NCBI GenBank assembly: GCA_965279515.1
Contig: CBDIID010000003.1
Location: forward strand, 576,001-640,000
Reading direction: 5' to 3'
Length of the DNA: 64,000 nt
Source: Turneriella sp.
GTDB lineage: Bacteria; Spirochaetota; Leptospiria; Turneriellales; Turneriellaceae
Both the position numbers and the translations under genes were made by a program. Of this stretch, positions 30,787 to 43,079 are shown piece by piece. Position 1 is the stretch's first letter. Each line of letters begins with the position of its first letter. The notes below the pieces were generated by a model. The model saw only the letters and a list, made by a program, of their open reading frames with translations. It had not been told where the DNA came from and made no database searches.

Positions 30787-32192
30787 TATTCCGCAAAACC
30801 AAGATCATCTGTACCATCGGTCCCGCGACAAATACCCTGGATAAGATACGCCAGCTCGCTGCGGCTGGCATGGATATCGCCCGCATCAACATGTCGCATG
30901 GCGACCAGAAGGGTCACCTGGAAGTTATCCAGAAAATCAAATCATTTAATAAGACCGCGGCGATGCCGATTGCGATTCTACTCGATACGCAGGGCCCCGA
31001 GATTCGAACCGGCGATCTATTGGAGAATTTTACGCTGGCAGTGGGTGACAATATCGAGATCACTGCAGCGGGCTCTGAAAATACAGAAAATAAAAGTGTC
31101 ATCACGGTCAACTACCGCGACATGCTGAAAGATCTGAAAGCGGGCGACCGTGTGACGCTCGACAACGGTATCATTAACCTCGAAGTCGTCGAAAAAACAC
31201 AGTTTGGCCTGATGTGCAAGGTCGTCGACGGCGGCATCGTTAAGTCGCGCCGGCACATCAACCTGCCGGGCATCCGTGTTAACCTGCCGTCGATCACCGC
31301 CAAAGACGTGCAGGATATCATGTTCGCAGTGAAGAACGATGTCGACTTTATCGCACTCTCGTTCGTGCGCACCGCCGCAGACGTCGAAGAATGCAAGCGG
31401 ATGATCGAGCGCTATAACGGGCACGCACAGGTTATCGCGAAAATCGAAGATTCACAGGCGGTGCAGAATTTTAAAGAGATCATCACCGCGTCGAATGGCG
31501 TCATGGTGGCGCGCGGCGATTTAGGCGTCGAAGTGCCGATTGAAGATCTGCCAATCATCCAGCGGCGTATTATTAAAGAATGCGCGCAACAGGGCAAGCG
31601 CGTCATCGTCGCCACTCACCTGCTCGAGTCGATGATTGAAAACCCTATCCCGACGCGCGCCGAGGTGACCGACGTGGCCAATGCCGCCTACGAAGAAGTC
31701 GACGCCGTCATGCTTTCGGGCGAAACCGCCGCAGGTAAGTTCCCGATCAAGGCCGTCGAGACGCTCGACAAGATTCTGAAACGCATTGAACGCACCGGCG
31801 GCATTGGCTGGTCACGCGACTTTAAATCCGAAGAAGTCAAAGCCGCGTTCGCCGAGTCATCGGTCGAACTCGCCGATCACCTCAAGGCCGAAGCCATCGT
31901 GGTCTTTACCCGTCGCGGGCTGACCGCCGACTTTGTCACCGCATACCATCCCCGCTACGCTACCGTATTTGCCTTCACAAACATGTCGCAGGTACGCCGC
32001 AAGCTGCTTTTTAACCGCGCCTGCTACCCATACCGCATCGATTTCTCGAGCGACCCCGAACGCACGATCAAGACTGCCTTCGAGCTTCTACGAAAGAAGA
32101 AACTCTTGCCACCCGGCACACGTATCGTTATTGTCTCCGACATTATCGCGGGTACCGACCGCGTCGAATCAATTCAGGTAAGGAACCTTTGA
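30783..32192 (+). CDS. pyk: Pyruvate kinase
   Basis: [37 protein letters not shown]. Confidence 0.97.
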   Translation: MIFRKTKIICTIGPATNTLDKIRQLAAAGMDIARINMSHGDQKGHLEVIQKIKSFNKTAAMPIAILLDTQGPEIRTGDLLENFTLAVGDNIEITAAGSENTENKSVITVNYRDMLKDLKAGDRVTLDNGIINLEVVEKTQFGLMCKVVDGGIVKSRRHINLPGIRVNLPSITAKDVQDIMFAVKNDVDFIALSFVRTAADVEECKRMIERYNGHAQVIAKIEDSQAVQNFKEIITASNGVMVARGDLGVEVPIEDLPIIQRRIIKECAQQGKRVIVATHLLESMIENPIPTRAEVTDVANAAYEEVDAVMLSGETAAGKFPIKAVETLDKILKRIERTGGIGWSRDFKSEEVKAAFAESSVELADHLKAEAIVVFTRRGLTADFVTAYHPRYATVFAFTNMSQVRRKLLFNRACYPYRIDFSSDPERTIKTAFELLRKKKLLPPGTRIVIVSDIIAGTDRVESIQVRNL

Positions 32193-32755
32193 AAATATAC
32201 ACTAAAACCGGCGACAGGGGCGAGACCTCGCTCTTTGGCGGCGCGCGCGTCAGCAAAGATCACCCGCGCGTTGCGGCTTATGGCGAGGTAGACGAGCTCA
32301 ACAGCTTTGTGGGTTCGCTCGTCTCGCTGTTGCACAAGGGGGATTTATCCCTCAACAAAAAGGTTTCGACCGGAATTCAGGAGTTTCTGCAGACCATGCA
32401 GCACCGTCTATTCGACCTGGGCGCGGAACTCGCGGCCACCGACCCGAAATTCGTGGAAAAACTGCCGCGCCGCATCACCGAGCAGGATGTTGCGATTCTC
32501 GAAGGTTCGATCGATACCATGACGATGGTCTTAAAACCGCTGAAGAATTTTATCCTGCCGGGCGGCTCATCGCCCGCTTCTGCAGCGCATATCTGCCGCT
32601 CGGTGTCGCGGCGGGCCGAACGCGCCATGGTGGCGGCAGGCGATACGCCCGAGCTCCTGATTACCTATATCAACCGGGTTTCGGATTATTTTTTCGTACT
32701 GGCACGCTACTTCAATCATATCACCACCACCGCCGAAACCGAGTGGGAAAAATAG
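32189..32755 (+). CDS. PduO-type ATP:cob(I)alamin adenosyltransferase
   Basis: [38 protein letters not shown]. Confidence 0.93.
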   Translation: MKIYTKTGDRGETSLFGGARVSKDHPRVAAYGEVDELNSFVGSLVSLLHKGDLSLNKKVSTGIQEFLQTMQHRLFDLGAELAATDPKFVEKLPRRITEQDVAILEGSIDTMTMVLKPLKNFILPGGSSPASAAHICRSVSRRAERAMVAAGDTPELLITYINRVSDYFFVLARYFNHITTTAETEWEK

Positions 32756-35068
<2,313 letters not shown>

Positions 35069-36331
35069 TTGGTTCAGAGCGAGCAGAAACCCGCCGCTAA
35101 CAGCGCGGCGCCGCAATCCTTCGGGGCGCTGCGCCACCCCGGCTTTCGCGTGTTCTTCGTTGGCGGCGTTCTCGCGATGCTCGCCGACAATGTCGAGCAT
35201 GTCATTACCTATTGGGTGGTTTTCCAGCAGTTTCAATCGCCGGCCTTAGGCGGCTTTGCAGTCATCGCGCACTGGCTGCCTTTTCTGTTATTCTCGGTTC
35301 CCGTCGGTGCGCTGGGCGAACGTGTCGACCCCCGCAGGCTGATACAGTGCGGCATGCTGCTGTTCATGTCGGTGTCGGTCATCTGGGGTGTTTTGATTCT
35401 GACGGGTTCATTGCAACTCTGGCATGCGGGTGCTCTCCTGGTGATGCATGGCTTTGCCGGAGTTCTCTGGAGCCCACCCACACAGCTCTTGCTGCACGAT
35501 ATCGTCGGCCGCGAAAAATTACAGAGCGCGGTACGCCTTAATGCCACAGGCCGTTACCTGGGAACATTCCTGGGGCCCGCGCTGGGCAGTGGTTTTTTGC
35601 TGTGGCTCGGCCCGGCCTACGGCCTGTTCGCCAACGCACTCATCTACCTGCCGCTGACACTCTGGTTGTGGAAAGCCCCGTACGGGCCGCGCTTCCGTAA
35701 GCAGGCAGCAGCGCCGAGCGTCGCGATGCGGAACATCCGCGATATCTTCGCTGCCATCTCGAGTATCGGCCATTACCCGGTGATCGCGACCATGACGCTG
35801 CTTGCGGGTGGTGCGGCCTTTTTGATCGGCAACTCATACCAGGCGCAGATGCCGGGCTTTGCCCATGATTTAGGCCATGGCGACCCGGGGATTGCCTACA
35901 GCATGCTCTTGGCCGCCGACGCCGCGGGGGCGCTCTCTGCCGGCATCGCCCTCGAAACATTTGGTTTGCTGAGGCCCCAGGCGCGTACCGCGTTGATTTT
36001 AGCCTTACTCTGGTGCTTAGCGCTGGGTAGTTTCGCGCTCGTGCCGAGCTACCATCTCGCCCTCGTGCTGCTTTTTGCGGCAGGCTTTCTCGAACTATCG
36101 TTTAATTCGATGACGCAGACTTTGGTGCAGCTGCATGCGCCGGCTGATATGCGCGGGCGCATGATCGGTGTGTTCTCGATGGCGGCCTCGGGCATGCGCA
36201 TGTTCAGCGGCCTGTCGGTCGGCCTCATGGGGCACTGGCTCGGCATCCACTGGTCGCTCGCCATCAGCGCGGGGCTCATTTCTGTTCTCGTCAGCACCCT
36301 CATCGCGCGCCAAAGCCGGTATGAAAAATAA
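35069..36331 (+). CDS. MFS transporter (EntS / MFS_3-like)
   Basis: 12-TM pattern, ALRHPGFR N-terminus, MRGRMIG. Confidence 0.88.
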   Translation: MVQSEQKPAANSAAPQSFGALRHPGFRVFFVGGVLAMLADNVEHVITYWVVFQQFQSPALGGFAVIAHWLPFLLFSVPVGALGERVDPRRLIQCGMLLFMSVSVIWGVLILTGSLQLWHAGALLVMHGFAGVLWSPPTQLLLHDIVGREKLQSAVRLNATGRYLGTFLGPALGSGFLLWLGPAYGLFANALIYLPLTLWLWKAPYGPRFRKQAAAPSVAMRNIRDIFAAISSIGHYPVIATMTLLAGGAAFLIGNSYQAQMPGFAHDLGHGDPGIAYSMLLAADAAGALSAGIALETFGLLRPQARTALILALLWCLALGSFALVPSYHLALVLLFAAGFLELSFNSMTQTLVQLHAPADMRGRMIGVFSMAASGMRMFSGLSVGLMGHWLGIHWSLAISAGLISVLVSTLIARQSRYEK

Positions 36332-36899
36332 TCCCGGCCTGGAGTTCTGGTTCTTTTCCATAAGCCTTATCACCTTGCGCGCCGCCGACGTCGCCATCAC
36401 CTATATTGTCTCGCCCGATTTGCGCTGGGAAATCAACCCCCTGGTTTCAGTCGCTGGTTTAGGATGGCCAAGCCTGATCACGAGCAATATCGCCGGTGTC
36501 GCGATTATCCTGATTCTCTTTCACTACTCCCGGGGTCAGGGCGGGGATTTATTTCCGCGCGAACCCGGCTATTCCGTAAAGGAATTCGTTTCGCACTATC
36601 TGTTCGGCGAGCGGCATGCGTTTAGGAAGATCTATTACGTCGTACCGACAAACCGGCGGGCCATCATCGAATATGCCGGCTATGTTTCGATACGGGTATT
36701 AACGGTATGGAGTCTTATTGTTGTTGTTCACAATGCGCTGGTCTGGCATTCGGAGGATTTCCGGGAGATAATGTCAGGTCTGAAATTATGGCTTGGAGTA
36801 TATGCTCTGCTCGCTTTTTTGACAATCGTCTACTCGCTGCGTTTTTTTAAGGTTCTGCATCTTAAATATCGAATCCTGCACCGACCTGATCTCCCCTAA
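36321..36899 (+). CDS. Hypothetical membrane protein
   Basis: ATG at 36321; D..IT...PDL..EINPL motif; 4 TM helices. Confidence 0.7.
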   Translation: MKNNPGLEFWFFSISLITLRAADVAITYIVSPDLRWEINPLVSVAGLGWPSLITSNIAGVAIILILFHYSRGQGGDLFPREPGYSVKEFVSHYLFGERHAFRKIYYVVPTNRRAIIEYAGYVSIRVLTVWSLIVVVHNALVWHSEDFREIMSGLKLWLGVYALLAFLTIVYSLRFFKVLHLKYRILHRPDLP

Positions 36900-36950
36900 G
36901 CCAGATATTTTGTTTACGGGACAGATGGTGCGGTCTGCATAACCGGCGTT

Positions 36951-37751
36951 ATGGCCCGCTTGAAGCATAATATCACAAACTACGTACTGGTGGTATTTTT
37001 AAGCTTTGCGGGTTTTTCGTGCGCGGCAACCTATGAATCCACCACAAGTAGCAACAATACGAAATTCACTTTTACGCTCGGCGCACCAGGATACCCCAAT
37101 AAGCGCGTTTCGGCATATATCTTCGCCAGTGGGGCCTTGATCGGCGTGGTACGCTCAAATACGATGACTGATTCCAAGGGCAATCTGACGGTAACGGCGC
37201 AGGCGGTGGACAGCAACAATTGCCCAACCGGGGGAACGATCAACCATAACGGTCAGGGGCTAAGCCTCCACTTCCGACTGGACGGCGAAGGTAACAACAG
37301 TATCATCAATCCGACAGCTTGTCTGAGTGACGCAGGCTTTCTGGATGCAGCGAACTTCGGTTATACTTATAACTATCCCACCAGTTACTGGCCCTTGAAT
37401 ATTTCTTATATGTCGATCACGAGCAAGGTAACGTATACGCTTTCGGGCACGGGCGTCGCAAGTCTAACGAGAAAGACCCGGTGCAGCGTCGTCGACGGTA
37501 CGATTGCCAACCCGGGGTATTTTACCAGTTCAAATATGGGGTATTTTGAGGGAGATATCACCTATAATGCAGGTGGAGCCCCCACGGGCGGTTCTCAGAT
37601 CTCTGCGTTCAAAATTCCCTATGGCACAACGGGTACGTATAAATACACGTGCTGGATCGATGCTAATAACAGCGGCACTTACAACACAGGCGACAAAATC
37701 GCAACCTCCACAGACCCAGCAACTATGTCGACATGGACGACGGTGCCATGA
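36951..37751 (+). CDS. Lipoprotein, paralog 1
   Basis: Lipobox-like FAGFSC; Thr/Ser/Gly-rich beta-type composition; ends CWIDANNSGTYNTGD..WTTVP. Confidence 0.75.
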   Translation: MARLKHNITNYVLVVFLSFAGFSCAATYESTTSSNNTKFTFTLGAPGYPNKRVSAYIFASGALIGVVRSNTMTDSKGNLTVTAQAVDSNNCPTGGTINHNGQGLSLHFRLDGEGNNSIINPTACLSDAGFLDAANFGYTYNYPTSYWPLNISYMSITSKVTYTLSGTGVASLTRKTRCSVVDGTIANPGYFTSSNMGYFEGDITYNAGGAPTGGSQISAFKIPYGTTGTYKYTCWIDANNSGTYNTGDKIATSTDPATMSTWTTVP

Positions 37752-38551
37752 TGAAATACCGCTGCCACATCCTGTTATATATCGCTCTCGGTCTTGCAGC
37801 GTGCGTGAATAACGGCACGGCATCTCTTACCACTTCGACATCGTATCCGATGTCGCTCCGGGTGGCGCTCCCCGCCTACCCCAACAAAAAATTTTCCGCC
37901 TACGTTTTTGCAGATAACGCCCTGGTTGGCGTTGTGCGTTCCACTGCCGTGCTCGATTCCGCAGGTTCGTTGACTGTGGATGTCATGGCTGTGGATGCCA
38001 ACAACTGCATCACTTCGAAACAAGCGCTCGCCCCGGCCAATCTCGTTTACCATATCCATTCGCGCGTCGACAGCAACGGTAATTCAACTTATATCAACCC
38101 CTCGGGTTGCCCCACTGATGCAGGCTTTCTGGCGAGCGCAGGGCAAGGTTATATGGAAATAAGACAGCCCACAAGCTATACCTCGTGGTTTAACTATATA
38201 GGCTATGTGTACACGACCTCAGCAGCTTCATTCAGCTTTACCAACACCGGGCTGGGCAATGCAGCCGGTGTCAGAGCACAATGTAATATTGTCGATGGGC
38301 AGATTTTAAATCCAACAGTACTGGTTACCTCGACCTTGGGAGGCAATCAGGCAACGATGACTTTTTCGGGTGGCACCAGCACCACCAGCCTTTCAACCAC
38401 TCCATTTACTTTCGCCAGCGGCTCAGGAATGGCTCTGAAATACGCCTGCTGGATCGACGCCAACGGTAGCAACAGTTACAATTCGGGTGATTTAATCGCC
38501 AGCGGTCCGGGAACTGTGGCTACCATCTCCAGCTGGACTACCGTCCCTTAA
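37748..38551 (+). CDS. Lipoprotein, paralog 2
   Basis: Lipobox LAAC; ends CWIDANGSNSYNSGD..WTTVP; ATGA-coupled to paralog 1. Confidence 0.78.
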   Translation: MMKYRCHILLYIALGLAACVNNGTASLTTSTSYPMSLRVALPAYPNKKFSAYVFADNALVGVVRSTAVLDSAGSLTVDVMAVDANNCITSKQALAPANLVYHIHSRVDSNGNSTYINPSGCPTDAGFLASAGQGYMEIRQPTSYTSWFNYIGYVYTTSAASFSFTNTGLGNAAGVRAQCNIVDGQILNPTVLVTSTLGGNQATMTFSGGTSTTSLSTTPFTFASGSGMALKYACWIDANGSNSYNSGDLIASGPGTVATISSWTTVP

Positions 38552-38564
38552 CCGCGGACCAGAT

Positions 38565-39401
38565 ATGAAAAAACAGACCAGCTTATTTCTATCGGCGATC
38601 CTCCTTCCGGGATTTATCCTTGCACAGGCAACCCAAAAACCGACGAAAATTGATTTTTCATCGGGTGATGCGGCCACGGAAACAGCAAACACCGCGGAGA
38701 AATCCACGGCGGGCGACGATAAGCTCGATCCTGAAACGCAGCGCCTGATCCAAGAAGCGCGCGAAAAAATCATCAGGGAACGCGCAGAAAAACTCGCCGC
38801 GGAAAAGAAGGCAGCCGAAGACGAAGCCCGGCGCAAAGGAGAAGAAGAAAAATTAAAATCCAGGCGCCCCAGTGATGCCCGGGTTTATGTAGGAGCAGTG
38901 GGGTCTCTGGGGGTGTCGCTGAATTCTTTTAATGGTACAGGTTATGCATTCGGCGGCACCCTGGATGCTATTTTTGCAGAACGTTTCGGATTGCACTTTG
39001 GCTTCTCGACCGGCTCTTTCAAGACCAAGGGCTCTACGCTAAAGGCTGGTAATTCGACCCTCACTATTAGCGGTGGTGAATCTATCGGCTATCTCGAATT
39101 TGATTTCGCGGCAGCATACATCTTTCCTAAATTTTTAAACATAGAGACATCTCTGGGTGGCGGCGTCATGTTTCACCAACTGGGCGCAAAAGCATTTGGT
39201 TTTGGCAACCAGGCAGCCCCGATGATTCTTGCATCGGCATTTTTCCCGATTGTTCCTTATATCGAGACAGGTATTCTCACCAATATTGCTTTTCCGCGGG
39301 CCTCAAGCGTTACTTCCGCAAGCGGAAGTTACGCTTTGGATAACTCACAGAGCCTGACCAACCTGAGCATCTTCGTCTCTGTCAGGCTGCTCGTGCATTA
39401 A
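38565..39401 (+). CDS. Putative outer-membrane beta-barrel protein with N-terminal coiled coil
   Basis: Signal peptide, charged helix, then about 8 amphipathic strands ending LSIFVSVRLLVH. Confidence 0.65.
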   Translation: MKKQTSLFLSAILLPGFILAQATQKPTKIDFSSGDAATETANTAEKSTAGDDKLDPETQRLIQEAREKIIRERAEKLAAEKKAAEDEARRKGEEEKLKSRRPSDARVYVGAVGSLGVSLNSFNGTGYAFGGTLDAIFAERFGLHFGFSTGSFKTKGSTLKAGNSTLTISGGESIGYLEFDFAAAYIFPKFLNIETSLGGGVMFHQLGAKAFGFGNQAAPMILASAFFPIVPYIETGILTNIAFPRASSVTSASGSYALDNSQSLTNLSIFVSVRLLVH

Positions 39402-39425
39402 CGAACAGCGCCGCCGGGTACTGAA

Positions 39426-40070
39426 TTATTCTGTTTTCTTTTTGTAGTTCGTGCCGAAGACGTAGTCCCAAAGCGGCGAGGTAAAACCGAAGTTCGAATC
39501 ATGGTCTTTGTGATGATGCACCATGTGTTTTTTCTTTAAAATCTTGAAAATACGGTTCTTGAACACAAAGAAGTGCGTGGCAAAATGCAGAAAGTCATAG
39601 ATAATGTAGCTCGTTACAAATCCCACAAAAAACGGAAGGCCGTTGAGGCCCAGGGCCCCTTTCGAAGCAAAATAGACGCCGATCGCCAAGGGCACGCTCA
39701 CTGCAGGGGGCATGACCAGACGGGTCGCATCGTTCATCGCATCGTGGTGGATGCCATGCGAATAGAAGTACAATTTCTTGAAGAAGTTGTTTATCATCGG
39801 CGGATGGAACACGAAGCGGTGCAATGAATATTCAATCAGCGTCCAGAAGCCCACGCCAAACAGGGCATAGAGCGCAAAATGCAGCGGCGAGATGTGGTAG
39901 AAATAAAACGAGGCAAAAGCGCAGAACAAGATGACCGGGATGAAGATGGCAAAGGGCACAATCGGGTGCACATAGGAGAAACTCTCCAGAAAATCGCTCT
40001 TAAACATGCGGATACGGTATTGCGGGCTGCGCGCCACCGCCTCTTTAATCGTTAAACTTTCTTTTGCCAT
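39426..40070 (-). CDS. Fatty acid hydroxylase / sterol desaturase family protein
   Basis: HRFVFH, HGIHH, HFATH, HMVHH His boxes; NFGFTSPLWD. Confidence 0.92.
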   Translation of the reverse strand: MAKESLTIKEAVARSPQYRIRMFKSDFLESFSYVHPIVPFAIFIPVILFCAFASFYFYHISPLHFALYALFGVGFWTLIEYSLHRFVFHPPMINNFFKKLYFYSHGIHHDAMNDATRLVMPPAVSVPLAIGVYFASKGALGLNGLPFFVGFVTSYIIYDFLHFATHFFVFKNRIFKILKKKHMVHHHKDHDSNFGFTSPLWDYVFGTNYKKKTE

Positions 40071-40226
40071 GGGTTTCCTGTAAAGTGGCGAATTAGCCGC
40101 CCCTGTCAAGCCTTCTCTTTGAGACACCGCGTAAAGCGGTGTACCACCCCCGGCACGGTAGGGTAAACAAAAGTACCCGTTAATGATTGACGCGCATGCG
40201 GAATATCCCCTTGTATTAAACCGAAG

Positions 40227-40799
40227 ATGCCGAAAAAAAGTCCATCCGCCACCCCTAATTTTCTCATGCAGAAAATCTTTGACCTGATAGCGCCGTTCAT
40301 TCTCGCCGATCACCGGGTCAGTCCGGGCGAGCTCAATATTCTCGCCGAACAGTATGTACCCCTGGTTTCTGAGCGGCTGAATCCGCTGATGCAAAATATC
40401 ATCAAACAGAGCGATAGGCTGCTCGTGAAGGCATCAAAATCGCGCAAGCCACTGGTCAAGAACCTCGCCGCCCTGAAAAAGGCTGCCGCGCTGCATAACC
40501 GCGAAATTGCCAACACACAGGAGCAACTGCGGCAGATTGTCATTACGCAATTCGAACAGCTGTCGGCGGCCAAACCGGCTGCGGCGATGACGAATTTCAG
40601 CGACGCTGTTAAATTCTTCCGCGAGCTGAACGACAGCACTATCAATTCGCACCTGCTGAAGGCGATTATCCGCATTCTCAATGAAAGCACCAGGTTTGAA
40701 CCCGCGACGCTCAAGCTATTGGCCCTGATCGGCGCCATGTGGGATGTCGAACCGGCGAAGCTGGCAAAGGAAGTCAAACCAGTCGGGAAGTTCAAATAA
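40227..40799 (+). CDS. Hypothetical helical protein (TerB-like AD..VS.GE motif)
   Basis: ILADHRVSPGE; best ORF in the interval. Confidence 0.55.
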   Translation: MPKKSPSATPNFLMQKIFDLIAPFILADHRVSPGELNILAEQYVPLVSERLNPLMQNIIKQSDRLLVKASKSRKPLVKNLAALKKAAALHNREIANTQEQLRQIVITQFEQLSAAKPAAAMTNFSDAVKFFRELNDSTINSHLLKAIIRILNESTRFEPATLKLLALIGAMWDVEPAKLAKEVKPVGKFK

Positions 40800-40835
40800 G
40801 CCGGCGAGAGACCTGCGGTAGCAGGCCATAGGCGT

Positions 40836-41177
40836 ATGGAGATTACACAACGCACTGCCGGCGATGTTACGGTAATCACCCTCGCCGGTGAGATCGATCT
40901 CTATAATGCGGCCAGCCTCAAATCGGCCGTCGCCGCGCTGACGGCTGAGCAAAAATACCGCATCGTTCTTAATATGAAACGTGTCTCTTACATGGATTCA
41001 ACGGCGATCGGGGTTTTGGTCAGCGCGCTGCTTCTGATAAAGAAAAATAACGGCGATCTGAAACTGGCGCAGACAGAGCCGAGCATTCAAAAGGTGCTGC
41101 GGCTGACCCATCTGGACGACTTCATTGAACTCTGGGATTCCGAAGAAGAGGCTATAGCTTCGTTCCAGAAAAGCTAA
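40836..41177 (+). CDS. STAS anti-anti-sigma factor
   Basis: LAGEIDLYNA, SYMDSTAIGVL. Confidence 0.9.
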   Translation: MEITQRTAGDVTVITLAGEIDLYNAASLKSAVAALTAEQKYRIVLNMKRVSYMDSTAIGVLVSALLLIKKNNGDLKLAQTEPSIQKVLRLTHLDDFIELWDSEEEAIASFQKS

Positions 41178-41212
41178 ACGTTCTTCTTCATAAGACTTGA
41201 CGTGGGGGCATC

Positions 41213-41812
41213 ATGCCTGCGCAACGGGCCATGGACCTCAAGTACGGTAACAAAAATATTCTCGCGGGCGGCATCGCACTATTGCTTGCCCTGCCAATGA
41301 CCTTCTTCATCGAACGCGCCGGCGCCAACCATGGCTTCCATGACAAGGCGGCGCAGGCCGTGATCGACACCAAAAATACAGTGCAGCTCGAAGACGATCT
41401 TGTCACCGAAGCCAAACGCGGCCCGGCATACCGCGTCGGCGGCCTCTATTACAAGAACTATTATCCAGATTCTTACGTGCGCGTCTTCAACTTCTACCGC
41501 GAAGCGGGTCAGAACACTCGCCTTTTTCTCATCGTATTCGGTTTCCTGAATATTCTCATCGGTATTGCCGTGGGCCTCAAGTCCGGCGCCGGCAAATCGC
41601 TGCGCAAGACAACATCGATTCTCGCGCTTGTGGGATTTCTCTTTGTGCTGCGTGATTTTGTGTTTTTCTGGGGCCGTTACGGGGACGCCGACTTTTCGCC
41701 GATGGGCAGTGCACCCCTGCTCTACCCCATCATGATTATTGGCGCGCTGGCGATGTTTCTCGCGATACTCTTCTCGCTGATCATTTTCCGGCGCGGAATT
41801 CAGAACTCGTAA
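41213..41812 (+). CDS. Hypothetical membrane protein
   Basis: 4 hydrophobic segments. Confidence 0.7.
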   Translation: MPAQRAMDLKYGNKNILAGGIALLLALPMTFFIERAGANHGFHDKAAQAVIDTKNTVQLEDDLVTEAKRGPAYRVGGLYYKNYYPDSYVRVFNFYREAGQNTRLFLIVFGFLNILIGIAVGLKSGAGKSLRKTTSILALVGFLFVLRDFVFFWGRYGDADFSPMGSAPLLYPIMIIGALAMFLAILFSLIIFRRGIQNS

Positions 41813-41815
41813 TTT

Positions 41816-42511
41816 TCAGGCATAGGGCCGCGCCGCGGCAACCTGGATAATGTCACGCGTTGCCGGGTTGATCGCGGTGAGCGATCCGCCATAGACGCAA
41901 CCCGTATCGATGCCTGTTGATTTTTGCCCTTTAATTATTTCATGCTGGCGTTCGAGGCCATAGAGGTAGCGCGCCGGCGTGTGGCCGAAGATAACATGTT
42001 TGCCCGGCCACGACGCTTCATTGGATATCCACTTCATTCGGATATACATCAGGTCGCGCGGTGACTGCTGATCGAGGCGCGCTATTTCGGTATTCACGCC
42101 CGCATGCACCGCGATAAAATCTGAACCTTCGTGGTAGAGCGGCAATGCTTCGATAAATGCGCGGTGGCTTGCTGGCAGATCGCCGTATATGCAATCAGGC
42201 TCTAAACCATACGATTGCAAAGTCTGCGGCCCGCCGTTGACCCGGTGCAGCCAGAGCGCCGTATCGGGATTATCCTGATCATGGAAATAGTCGAGCAGCA
42301 TCTGCTCGTGGTTGCCGCGCAAAAACACACTGCGCTGTTTTTCCAGCATCAGCCGCTCGATGCAGCCTTTGCTGTCGGGCCCGCGGTCGATATAGTCGCC
42401 GAGAAAGATCAGCTGATCGTCCTGCGGAATCTTTTTCAGCAGCGCTTCGAGCTCGCTGAGACAGCCATGGATGTCGCCGATCAGCCAGATATTTTGCGGA
42501 GTGTCAGGCAT
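41816..42511 (-). CDS. Metallophosphoesterase (PPP-family Ser/Thr phosphatase)
   Basis: GDIHG, GDYIDRG, RGNHE, VHAG, FGHTP, IDTG. Confidence 0.93.
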   Translation of the reverse strand: MPDTPQNIWLIGDIHGCLSELEALLKKIPQDDQLIFLGDYIDRGPDSKGCIERLMLEKQRSVFLRGNHEQMLLDYFHDQDNPDTALWLHRVNGGPQTLQSYGLEPDCIYGDLPASHRAFIEALPLYHEGSDFIAVHAGVNTEIARLDQQSPRDLMYIRMKWISNEASWPGKHVIFGHTPARYLYGLERQHEIIKGQKSTGIDTGCVYGGSLTAINPATRDIIQVAAARPYA

Positions 42512-42606
42512 GGCCGTGAGATAGCCTTAGCAACGGCAAATAGCATGGCAACCTCTTAGGGCATACAGGCCGAACCCAATAATTTTTTAGGCCAGCGGGG
42601 AAATTT

Positions 42607-43059
42607 ATGGAAGAAACAACACAAGACGAACTCTACCTGACGGTCTTTCTGTCGGGGGCGCACAGCCCTTGGGGCAAGGAAATCGACGAATTCATCGAAA
42701 CCAAGCTCGGGCATGAAATCATCTCGCTCAAGGCAGCTGAGCAAAACGCCCCCGTGAATATTGAGGCGCTGGAACAGGACACGGAAGATTGTTCGTTTGC
42801 CATTATCCTGCTCACCGACGCCAGTCCGGCGGCTCGGGAGAGATTGATCCACGAAATCGGCTATTGCCAGGGCACGTTCGGCTACCACAACGTGCTGGTT
42901 TTAAGGCATGAAAGCGTCCCCGAATTTACCAACCTGGCAGGCATTCTGTACGAGGTGTTTTCCGGCGATAACATCAAGGCGGCATTTCCGCGCATCCGCG
43001 CCGAAATCGACGCAGCGATAGAGAGATTTTCGAGCGAAGAAGAAGAGGATGAGGATTAA
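42607..43059 (+). CDS. Stand-alone TIR-like protein (CAP12/Pycsar-type TIR family)
   Basis: VFLS, FAIILLT, AR.RLIHEIGY..G..G...V, TNLAGILY pattern. Confidence 0.78.
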   Translation: MEETTQDELYLTVFLSGAHSPWGKEIDEFIETKLGHEIISLKAAEQNAPVNIEALEQDTEDCSFAIILLTDASPAARERLIHEIGYCQGTFGYHNVLVLRHESVPEFTNLAGILYEVFSGDNIKAAFPRIRAEIDAAIERFSSEEEEDED

Positions 43060-43079
43060 AGCGTGGGTTATAGTATTGG

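Noticed and set aside
42914..42921. GCGTCCC as a further att core
   Set aside because: Lies inside the TIR coding sequence and lacks the leading T, the hairpin and the GAACC spacing
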